From IMG/VR virus record IMGVR_UViG_3300028048_000086, positions 53,974-117,973 of that record: a DNA stretch of 64,000 nt, one strand, 5' to 3'. A model generated the notes under the pieces. It was not told where the DNA came from and made no database searches. It saw only the letters and a list, made by a program, of their open reading frames with translations. Each line of letters begins with the position of its first letter. Position 1 is the first letter of the stretch. Of this stretch, positions 1 to 8,044 are shown in pieces. This stretch comes from a virus. Its lineage: Duplodnaviria; Caudoviricetes. A program made the translations under genes and the position numbers.

Positions 1-1059
1 GGAATAGATATTTCCGTTCGCGTCTTTTCCGAGGCCACCGACATCCGCCGTGATATTTAAGAAGCGCTCTTCGAAATTCGTTCCTTTCTGAGCATCGATG
101 CGGGCATAGAATTTCCGCATATCTTCCATATCTTGAATCGGATCGAATTTCTTTGCCGCGTGATGCGCTCCGCCAGTTTTGTACGTCGATACTTCGATTT
201 TATCTTTATTTTTTAGGAGGTCTCTGACCGTGACTTCGTTCTGCCCTTGGATGAGGTCAACGAGTTTCCCGAAAGCGCCTTTCTTTCTCGTCGCTGTTCC
301 GAAGATCTCTTCCATTTCGTCAAGAGAAGCCATTTCTTTCATCAGAAATTTATTCTGGCGTCTCCAATCAAGCATGAAAGGCGTACGATGTTCTTTTGAG
401 TACGCCTTCATATCGTTTACGAGCATCTGGGCAAAGTCTTTCTGAGTCCCCGTAAAGCCAGCTCGTTTTATTTGCTCATTTACGATGTTTTCTTTGTGAA
501 CACCTGAAGCAACATTGCTGATAAAAGAACGAAATCTCTGCGCTTCGTTCGCATCCATCCTGGAAGCCTGAACGCCAGCTTCGAGATTTTCTGCCGCATG
601 ATTAATTAGTCTCTGCGTCCATGCACTCCCGGCATCGGAAATACCTTCTGTATTCCGCATCGTGCGTATCTGACGCAAATGACTAAAGAGAGAACGAGAT
701 TCTTCAGGGTTCAAGCGAACTTTGCCACGCGCTGTTTCAGCCGCTTCTTTATATGCTGCTTCCGCTGTTTTACGTAGTCCTCTTACGTCGTCAATCGTCC
801 AGTCTTCCATGGCTTTTGAAAAACTGGAATTCGTCGCCATTCGACGAGCGAACGTCGCACCAAAATTAAGCCCCCGTTCAGCAACGGAGGCTAATCCAGT
901 ACGTCTAGCGAGCATCTTACCTGTCTTCCAAGCAATCGCGGCTCCAACGCTTTTACCTAGGAAACTCAGATATGGATTCTCTCCACTCTGACGTTCGTTC
1001 ATTTCTCTTTGACGGCGGCGCTGCTCTTCAGCGGCTAATTGTTTATCTTCGTCTGCCAA
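1..1059 (-). CDS. large virion protein, probable tape measure (N-terminal part; runs off the window)
   Basis: Not in the ORF track. TTG start at 1059 after AAAGGTGG; reads MADEDKQLAAEEQRRRQREMNERQ... and the same frame is open at positions 1-60 (middle not fully checked). Ala/Gly/Arg-rich, directly after the tail chaperone-like genes. Confidence 0.55.
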   Translation of the reverse strand, partial: MADEDKQLAAEEQRRRQREMNERQSGENPYLSFLGKSVGAAIAWKTGKMLARRTGLASVAERGLNFGATFARRMATNSSFSKAMEDWTIDDVRGLRKTAEAAYKEAAETARGKVRLNPEESRSLFSHLRQIRTMRNTEGISDAGSAWTQRLINHAAENLEAGVQASRMDANEAQRFRSFISNVASGVHKENIVNEQIKRAGFTGTQKDFAQMLVNDMKAYSKEHRTPFMLDWRRQNKFLMKEMASLDEMEEIFGTATRKKGAFGKLVDLIQGQNEVTVRDLLKNKDKIEVSTYKTGGAHHAAKKFDPIQDMEDMRKFYARIDAQKGTNFEERFLNITADVGGLGKDANGNIYS

Positions 1060-1081
1060 GGAAGTGCCACCTTTCTATTTT

Positions 1082-1906
1082 TTAATACCAGCCTGGACGC
1101 AGTGCTGGCGGACGATCATCAACATCATCCTGCGCAAGTCCGTCGATGCCATGTTCCATAACATCATCGTGAGCGAATTCCGGGAACTTCTTCAAGAATT
1201 CCTCACGCTCTTTCATTTTGTCGAGAGTAAGCTTGGCCCCTTTGTCTCTCTTGTTGTCCCGAGAAACTGTTCCATCGTCAGCCTTCTTGTCAGCTTTCTT
1301 TGATCGATTCCGAACTTCGGAACGCTCAGCTTCTTTTTCTTCGAGGTTTTCTTCGCCATAGAACTGTCCTTCCGGCTCCTTGAATTCTAGCCCATGCAGA
1401 TTATGAAGTTTCCATTCCGCACGAGATAGATACTTCGTTGTCTTCTCGACATCCCATTTTTCGATTTCTTCGATATCATAGTTCGGGAATGCCTCGTTAA
1501 TAATGCAAGTGATCTGATTGTCGAGATCATACATTTCTGAACGATAATAGTCATGGAGACTGCGGCGACGGGCCAGGTCATCTAAGAAAGAGTCCTTCAG
1601 AATTTCCTGTTTTAGCTGAGAGGGAAGACCAGCTTCCTTATCATCCCAATCATATTCATCCGGATCCGGGTAGAGCATGCACTGAGAACACATGAGCTCT
1701 TCTTTCTGATAATCGTTGAAACGAGAATCTTGAAGAATCTCCCGAAACTCGGCGCGGCCAAGTGCTCGGTAGATAAATGTTTGACCATCAATTTCTGTGA
1801 CGAAAACATTGCGATATTTCTGGCTAAACTCGATGAATAGCTTGGTGATATCTACTGGCTCTTTTGCTTCTTCGACAGCTTTTTTGATTTGAATCTTATT
1901 CCTCAT
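1082..1906 (-). CDS. tail assembly chaperone-like protein
   Basis: 274 aa; FIYRALGRAEFREI...CMLYP motif shared with the upstream 120 aa ORF; located between tube genes and the putative tape measure. Confidence 0.55.
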   Translation of the reverse strand: MRNKIQIKKAVEEAKEPVDITKLFIEFSQKYRNVFVTEIDGQTFIYRALGRAEFREILQDSRFNDYQKEELMCSQCMLYPDPDEYDWDDKEAGLPSQLKQEILKDSFLDDLARRRSLHDYYRSEMYDLDNQITCIINEAFPNYDIEEIEKWDVEKTTKYLSRAEWKLHNLHGLEFKEPEGQFYGEENLEEKEAERSEVRNRSKKADKKADDGTVSRDNKRDKGAKLTLDKMKEREEFLKKFPEFAHDDVMEHGIDGLAQDDVDDRPPALRPGWY

Positions 1907-1915
1907 AAGACATCA

Positions 1916-2278
1916 TCAGAGTTCCTTTGTTCTCTTAAGAGCACCGAAGCCAGAATGCGACATAATCTCTTCCGAGAGATTGTCGGCAAGGCCGGCAGCT
2001 GCTTCAAGTTCATCATCGATGTTTTCCGGATACAGAACTGCCGCACGGCAAATTTCCGTCTGACGATCCATGAGACGCTTTGCCCTCTTCGCGTCATCCT
2101 GCTCGTCTTCACGAGGAATTTCGGTATCAATCATAATCTTCGAATATTCACTACGACGAATCGGACGATAGATAATTACGGTATCGCCATAACCCGTCTG
2201 ATAGACATGTTTGAATTCATCCTTCCAGGAAGCGATGGTCTCTTCCGTAAGAAGCGTGCTCTCCAGTTTCTTGTTCAT
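1916..2278 (-). CDS. tail assembly chaperone-like protein
   Basis: 120 aa, strong AGGAGG RBS; IIYRPIRRSEYSKI...AVLYP; paralog of 1082..1906. Confidence 0.55.
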   Translation of the reverse strand: MNKKLESTLLTEETIASWKDEFKHVYQTGYGDTVIIYRPIRRSEYSKIMIDTEIPREDEQDDAKRAKRLMDRQTEICRAAVLYPENIDDELEAAAGLADNLSEEIMSHSGFGALKRTKEL

Positions 2279-2333
2279 GTAAATATATCCTCCTCTAGGA
2301 ATGAGTAATTAGTTGTTTTTTACACTATAAACA

Positions 2334-2993
2334 TTACGTATCGGACGCAGCTTTCGCATCCAGAGTTTTCATGTCGTTAGCTACGAATTGATACATTTCT
2401 GTTGTCGGCGTCGGATCGGAGACGCTGGCACCGTTCGTACATGATAAGATGTGAACACCTTCTAAGATAACATGAACTTCACGATTTCCTCTCTCAGGAT
2501 GCCCGTAAATCACATCGATATCGAAGGTTTGCGGCCAAAGATATCCATGATTATCTTGAGAAACTGAGCCTTTTACCTTTGCATCCCCAGCGCCATGAAC
2601 TTCTCCTAAAATGCGATCATGTACAGGGACAACATAATCCTTCATGTTATAAATAGCATTCTGTTTCTCAGCCGAAGCTAGTAGTCTAAATAGATAGTTC
2701 GGAGACGTAAAGCGAATAGAGAACTGTCCGTTGATAATACGACTGCCAATCGCGATTTCGTCGAAGGTATAGCTGTTAAAACCATAGATTGGTAGGCTCC
2801 TCTGCTGTACCGTCCATTGAATATCACTAACATCCTCTACGTAATAATTTCCGAAATAGATTTCGGCATCAATCGAAGAATAATATCGCTTGATATACTG
2901 CTTCGATATTTCTTGCACGCCATTCTCGGTTTTTACTCGATCATAGCTAGCAACGAATGGAGTATAAACTGGCGTCTGATTCTGATTAGCCAT
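2334..2993 (-). CDS. tail tube-fold virion protein (tube initiator/baseplate hub-like)
   Basis: YSSIDAEIYFG..IQWTVQQRSLPIYGF..GSRIINGQF aligns by eye with the tail tube protein. Confidence 0.6.
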   Translation of the reverse strand: MANQNQTPVYTPFVASYDRVKTENGVQEISKQYIKRYYSSIDAEIYFGNYYVEDVSDIQWTVQQRSLPIYGFNSYTFDEIAIGSRIINGQFSIRFTSPNYLFRLLASAEKQNAIYNMKDYVVPVHDRILGEVHGAGDAKVKGSVSQDNHGYLWPQTFDIDVIYGHPERGNREVHVILEGVHILSCTNGASVSDPTPTTEMYQFVANDMKTLDAKAASDT

Positions 2994-4746
2994 CGTAGAT
3001 GTTCACCTCCATATCCAGCTGGTCGCGATAGCACGATGCATCGCCAATATTATTGAATGCCGCGAAACCTGAACGATGATAGTCATTCAAGCTAATCGCT
3101 AGAACAACGCAAAGGGCATCTTGTGCTACATTTACCGTTACGGCATGTCTGTAATCATCAGAGCGATAGAATCTCTTCGTCACCGTTCTCGATGATGTGT
3201 CGTACTTAATAGCGCATATCTCGTATGGAACGTCTTGGTCGTAGAACGCGACTTCGCCCTCGGAGTATTTTAGTATCGGCATTTTGTCGAAGAACTGACG
3301 AGTATAATTGAACTGTTTCATCCACTGATCGTGAATAAAGAAGATTGTGTTGTCGATGTCATTCGACAGTTCTTGGTGCTGAAGAATCTCGAAAATGGCC
3401 TTGTCTCGAATATCTTGCATCGTAAGATCATAGTCATGAGACAAGTTGGTGATGATATCTGAAACGGTATTGTATAGATTTCCCGCGCCGAATACCCGCT
3501 GGAAGCTCTGAAGAAAGCTCTTTGCGTAAGATAGATTCTCTACCAATTGGCGCTTCTTTCGATAATCGTCGATATCTCCCCGGATATCGAAACGAGCAAA
3601 TTTCGATATAATCTTGCCATCAGCATCTTTGATATATAACAAGATTTCGTCATCGATAAAGTCTGAACGAGTATCGATCGTCATAACTCTCTTGTTGATC
3701 TTATAGCGGCAATCGTACGTAACGTTCTCGAAGAGATCTGTCTCGCAAAGCGCCAGATAAAAGTCTTTTCTCGAACTAGCGAAGAAATCATAATCTGGAA
3801 TCGTAACATGAATCACGCGGTCGTCCAGATTGTCTCTCTTCACCGTGACACGATCTATGATATAATCTACCGGCTCTTTCTGTGTTTCAATGACGATGCG
3901 GGACTTGTCATCCTGTGTCAATTCAATATCCAAGTACGATAGCTCCGTATCATCGATAGAGTTTTCAATTTCAATATCGCGAGAAAGCCCTGAATAGGAT
4001 TCCCATAGGAATTTGGATCCTTCCTCATCCATTTGATAATGGATAAGTTCGAGAGCCATTTCCCCCTGAATGTAGAAATCCAGCAGATAGTATGTGTCTG
4101 GCGTCAAGCTCGGATAGAAGTCTTCATCAATTCCTCTCGTAGTTACATATACTTTTTCTCCGTCTTCGATTTTGAAGACATTTACGCTCGTAAAACCGGA
4201 AAACGGAGTTATGCTGAAACGTGCCGCATAATGAATAGAAACATCCGGGCAGTTTCTTTTATTGCATGACATCGATACAATATTTTCGTACTGCTCCGAT
4301 GCTAGAATCAGTTGATAGAAGCTTTTTCTTTCGAACTCCTGAATATTTTTCACTTCATGAAAAGCTTTTACCAGTGAGTAAGTATATCCATCATTCGCAT
4401 CTCGAATTTCGGCGATTACTTTCTTCATGTAATCTTCGTCGATAGGGGAGACGATGCGAGAATATATTTTCTCGTAAGTTTCGCTGTCTTTCTCAAGAGA
4501 AACATATGCTTCAATTTTTGCGGAACTGCCTTCTCCTGATGTCATCCAGAAAGAATAGAATCCTGCTCCTTCTGGAAAGCTTCTTATAATTGTTCGGTTC
4601 GACGCTACAGCAGCGGCATGAATCTCGTCATTGCCATTCTTCTGATACATAACAGAATTATATCCGACGTCCCATCCGTCTGTCCGGAAGCATAAGCCTC
4701 TTTCTCTCTGCCATAAAAGCGCTAGCGGCGCGTAAGATCTTCTCAT
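2986..4746 (-). CDS. hypothetical virion protein
   Basis: 586 aa ORF overlapping both neighbours in the tail operon; no recognised motif. Confidence 0.6.
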   Translation of the reverse strand: MRRSYAPLALLWQRERGLCFRTDGWDVGYNSVMYQKNGNDEIHAAAVASNRTIIRSFPEGAGFYSFWMTSGEGSSAKIEAYVSLEKDSETYEKIYSRIVSPIDEDYMKKVIAEIRDANDGYTYSLVKAFHEVKNIQEFERKSFYQLILASEQYENIVSMSCNKRNCPDVSIHYAARFSITPFSGFTSVNVFKIEDGEKVYVTTRGIDEDFYPSLTPDTYYLLDFYIQGEMALELIHYQMDEEGSKFLWESYSGLSRDIEIENSIDDTELSYLDIELTQDDKSRIVIETQKEPVDYIIDRVTVKRDNLDDRVIHVTIPDYDFFASSRKDFYLALCETDLFENVTYDCRYKINKRVMTIDTRSDFIDDEILLYIKDADGKIISKFARFDIRGDIDDYRKKRQLVENLSYAKSFLQSFQRVFGAGNLYNTVSDIITNLSHDYDLTMQDIRDKAIFEILQHQELSNDIDNTIFFIHDQWMKQFNYTRQFFDKMPILKYSEGEVAFYDQDVPYEICAIKYDTSSRTVTKRFYRSDDYRHAVTVNVAQDALCVVLAISLNDYHRSGFAAFNNIGDASCYRDQLDMEVNIYDG

Positions 4747-5801
4747 TCTTTCTTTTCACGCTCTCTTTCATCATAGTATTCTCGAGTCTTTGAGAAAGCG
4801 TAGTTGTAAGCTGCTCTGATCTTTTCTTTTCTATGCTCGTATCTATCTTTCTGTATCAGGCCGCTCTTATAATCTTTTTCGTTCTCATTGTCAAACCAAG
4901 CTTTTTTATCGCTGAGCTTTTTATTGAAATCTTCCCGAGTCGAATCCTGTAGTTCTCTTACGTCTAACGGAAAATCGGAAACGTATGGATTCGAGCTATC
5001 ATACTCTTTAGAAATTCCCGTGATAGATAAGTTGTAGTCATCATCGCTTGATTTTACCTCACCACTATCTTTTTTTACTGGGTTATCAATGGGAGTATTA
5101 TCGTTAACGTTATTGTTTACAGGGATATCGTTTATGGATAGCGGGCGATTGACACCAGCGCGATTTCCGTCCGTGACATTCGACAAATAATCTACATCCT
5201 TCGCGAAGAACTCAAACGTATTTTCAGTGTACATGTCCTGCACACTCATAACCTGTCCTTCTGATACAAAAGAAACACCGTAGATTGCCAAGCGAGAGCT
5301 ACTGCCGTATTCGTTGCTCATTGAAATCGTAACATTAATCGGCGGAATCTCGTCTATCAAAACATGAGATTTATTGCTAACAGCATTCAGGTATTCGTCC
5401 ATCATAGACTGAGCCCAGTGACGATCGAATACCGTAAAAATCATTTTACCGGCAACCATGCGATTGCTGAAGACATAACTCTTGTAATTCATGTCTCCGA
5501 GAACGCGAACTGGCATTTTCTGGTTATACAAGGAATATGATATCGTCTGCATCTCTCCGACGACCTTCGTAATGCTCTTTCCGCTCACCAACGGAAGTTC
5601 GAAGATGCAGATCATATCGTTGCCAGAGTAGCTCGTATAAGTACGAGTATACGCAGAAGCTACTGTTCCACCATATCCTTGAGATTTTGCCGATACTCCG
5701 CTCGTGTATGCTTTTTTATTTTCTTGAGCCGTATAAGCAGGAGAATCCACTTTCGGCTTGTCTACTATATTCAATGGAGAATCCCTCCGTTTTATACGCA
5801 C
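4743..5801 (-). CDS. tail tube paralog with C-terminal extension (likely true start TTG at 5774)
   Basis: YTRTYTSYSGND..GEMQTISY..KMPV..VAGKMIFTVFDR..DEIPPINVTISMSNEYG closely parallels the tube protein; GGAGG precedes 5774. Confidence 0.7.
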   Translation of the reverse strand: MRIKRRDSPLNIVDKPKVDSPAYTAQENKKAYTSGVSAKSQGYGGTVASAYTRTYTSYSGNDMICIFELPLVSGKSITKVVGEMQTISYSLYNQKMPVRVLGDMNYKSYVFSNRMVAGKMIFTVFDRHWAQSMMDEYLNAVSNKSHVLIDEIPPINVTISMSNEYGSSSRLAIYGVSFVSEGQVMSVQDMYTENTFEFFAKDVDYLSNVTDGNRAGVNRPLSINDIPVNNNVNDNTPIDNPVKKDSGEVKSSDDDYNLSITGISKEYDSSNPYVSDFPLDVRELQDSTREDFNKKLSDKKAWFDNENEKDYKSGLIQKDRYEHRKEKIRAAYNYAFSKTREYYDEREREKKE

Positions 5802-5802
5802 G

Positions 5803-5841
5803 AAAAAAGAGAGTGAGTTAATTTTTTAATTCACTCTCTTT
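5803..5841 (-). terminator. intrinsic terminator after tail tube gene
   Basis: GAGAGTGAGTTAA/TTAATTCACTCTC stem followed by T6 on the minus strand. Confidence 0.75.
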
Positions 5842-5868
5842 ATTACCGATTGTAGATATAAATATATC

Positions 5869-7963
5869 TTACTGGACGGCGCTCTCGCGCTCGATCGGCT
5901 TCATGTACTCGACGCGACGAGCAACGAACGTGCAGGCTTTCTCCGAGATGACATTGTCGATAGAAAAACCGCTCTGCTCGTTCAGGATTTCAACAGCGTA
6001 AAGAACGATTGAAGCCTTCTGGCCATATTCATTCGCGAACGAGATCGTGATATCGAACGGCGGAATTTCATCGGCGTACTTCGGCATAGCGACACTCGAG
6101 ATATTTTTCGCACGCGTCTCGGCTGCCTTCTGCATACCAGCATCCGTATTCGTATCGTTAGAACCGACGCCATTATTCGCGATACTCGTCATGTTCTTAT
6201 CCCATTCATCGATGGAGAGACGAGCATACTCGTTAGCATTTTCGTTATCTCCGCCGATACGATGGAACGACTTTTCTTTTCTGACGTGATCAGCTAGACC
6301 AGCGACAAGAGCATCACGGTCGAAAATTGTGAACACAAGAGAGCCCGCGACGCCACGTTTGCCACGAGAGAACGAACGAGGCTCTGCACTACCCATAGTA
6401 TAGCATTTATTGGACTATGCCTTTGGCAGCTCAAAGAGCTGCGTGTCTCGCATATTAGCAATAAAATCAGAATCTTTTATATGCAGTCGATAATACTTAT
6501 GTGTTCCTTTATTGTGAAAAACAGGTGTCGAATTAACATCAAGAAGATGCTGAATTCGTTTACACCACGCAAGTGTTCGATTGCTATCAGCTATTGGCAT
6601 GATTTCATTTCTTTCATCGAGAACGGTATGCGAAACATATAGAAGTTCTTGATCTTGATTGTCAAATGTGTTATTATCGAGAACATATTTTTTATATAGC
6701 TCATGCTTTCTGGATAAGCAACAGTCGTCTATGTCTCCATGATATAGCCACCAAATAATCAATCTTGCGAGATTTCCTTCCCACAGAATTTCCCAGACAT
6801 TATTTTGTGGTACCCATCTTGGCGCTTTTGGAGGAAGCATAAGAGTGTCAACAAGCGTATCACATACCCAATCAGTGATCTCTTTCTTCTCGTCTATAAA
6901 ACCAAATCTTACCGCGTTTCTTGAAGCACGATATGAAATGGTGCCATCGCCATCGACACATCCACGAATAAAATCTCGTTCATAGCCTTTTATCGCTTCT
7001 ACAGGAACTCTTTCTTTGATATCTGAAAATTCATCGATAATGTCCCTGCGATCGTAAACACGAATTTTGGGTTGTGGAGATTTATACTCGGAATAATCAT
7101 GAACAACGGCTTTAATTCCGAGAATTGCTTTTACCTTATGCATCAATTCCCTGTCAGCGTATTTACAGATAAACTGCATATGCGTTTCATCACCTTTTCC
7201 TCGATATGAAGGATGTGTAATGGCGCCATCTGACAGAAGATAACCTAAAAACCATGCCATTTTGCTATTCAATTTTGATTTCTCCTTTATATCCACCTAT
7301 AGGGGATTGGAATATTGCTAGGACCTCTTCAGGTCGAGTCTCTACGGGCTTTGATACTTTATGTATCTTACCCTCGGCGTTGGGTGCTAACCGTTCACCG
7401 ATTTGAGCGAGATTTTATGCCAGCCTACACTTATTAGGCAACCGGCGCTTTTTCCTTTTCTTTTAGATAGTTCGTTAAGCTATCTACTGCATCATATGCA
7501 GCTCGAGATTTCAATCTCGATGAGGAGACTATTTCTTCACCATGCCGCTTACGCGGTTTAGGGCGACCCATTTCGAAAGCACTTGCTTTCTATGGCTATT
7601 TCAAGCCTTAGTCGTTTGACCTTCCTGTTTCCAGGCTTGGCGACCAAACATCCCTTGTTAGCAGCTTTTAGACTTGCGTCATGAGCTATCTTCATCGTTG
7701 TTTCTGGATTTCTCCACCATCAACAAGGTTTCTATCTATCCTTGTTTGTGGTGATGAAGCTCTTAAGGAGTTACTGGTTTTAAGGTCGTGTCCCTGCACG
7801 GTTTCCCGTACAGCGGAGAATAAAATGCTTTTTATAGCGTTTCTCTTTGAACGTGATAGGTAATAGCTTGCAGCTCTCCGATGACGGTATCACCGAAAGT
7901 AGCTACGATGTCGCATCCTGAAAACGACGTATAAGTACGCGTGTAGCTAGAAGATATTGACAT
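5869..7963 (-). CDS. major tail tube protein, three exons join(7963-7844, 7454-7441, 6403-5869), 222 aa
   Basis: Exon 1 MSISSSYTRTYTSFSGCDIVATFG..ITYHVQR follows an AAGGAGG RBS; the micro-exon gives EKAPV; exon 3 gives YTMGSAEPRSFSRGKRGVAGSL. The spliced junction aligns without a gap to the intron-less paralog at 4743. Directly after the sheath gene. Confidence 0.85.
6404..7440 (-). mobile_element. group I intron 2 (IA-like) carrying a homing endonuclease
   Basis: P1 GCCGGU/GCUGGC with a U.G pair at the 5' splice site; AAAUCGGUGAA, AGAGACU and AAGGCAUAGUCC core elements; P3 UCUCGC/GCGAGA; terminal G; removal restores the frame. Confidence 0.9.
6415..7296 (-). CDS. intron-encoded double-motif LAGLIDADG homing endonuclease
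   Basis: WFLGYLLSDG and FIRGCVDGDG motifs; AT-rich; inside intron 2. Confidence 0.9.
   Translation of the reverse strand: MDIKEKSKLNSKMAWFLGYLLSDGAITHPSYRGKGDETHMQFICKYADRELMHKVKAILGIKAVVHDYSEYKSPQPKIRVYDRRDIIDEFSDIKERVPVEAIKGYERDFIRGCVDGDGTISYRASRNAVRFGFIDEKKEITDWVCDTLVDTLMLPPKAPRWVPQNNVWEILWEGNLARLIIWWLYHGDIDDCCLSRKHELYKKYVLDNNTFDNQDQELLYVSHTVLDERNEIMPIADSNRTLAWCKRIQHLLDVNSTPVFHNKGTHKYYRLHIKDSDFIANMRDTQLFELPKA
7455..7843 (-). mobile_element. group I intron 1 (IA-like, no ORF, about 389 nt; junction register ambiguous by up to 4 nt)
   Basis: P2 CUGUACGG-GAAA-CCGUGCAG, P3 CGACC/GGUCG, CAAACGACUA and GAAGAAAUAGUCU core, P7.1/P7.2 and three P9 hairpins. Confidence 0.85.
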
Positions 7964-8044
7964 GTTTTCCTCCTTGGTCTGATTATAAATTCAGGCGAGG
8001 GCGACGGCCCCCGCCCAAATATACTTTTCTTATATTTTCTCGAA

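Noticed and set aside
1903-2130. Alternate-frame ORF as a programmed tail-chaperone frameshift product
   Set aside because: No clear slippery heptamer seen; the downstream gene has its own start and is a full paralog
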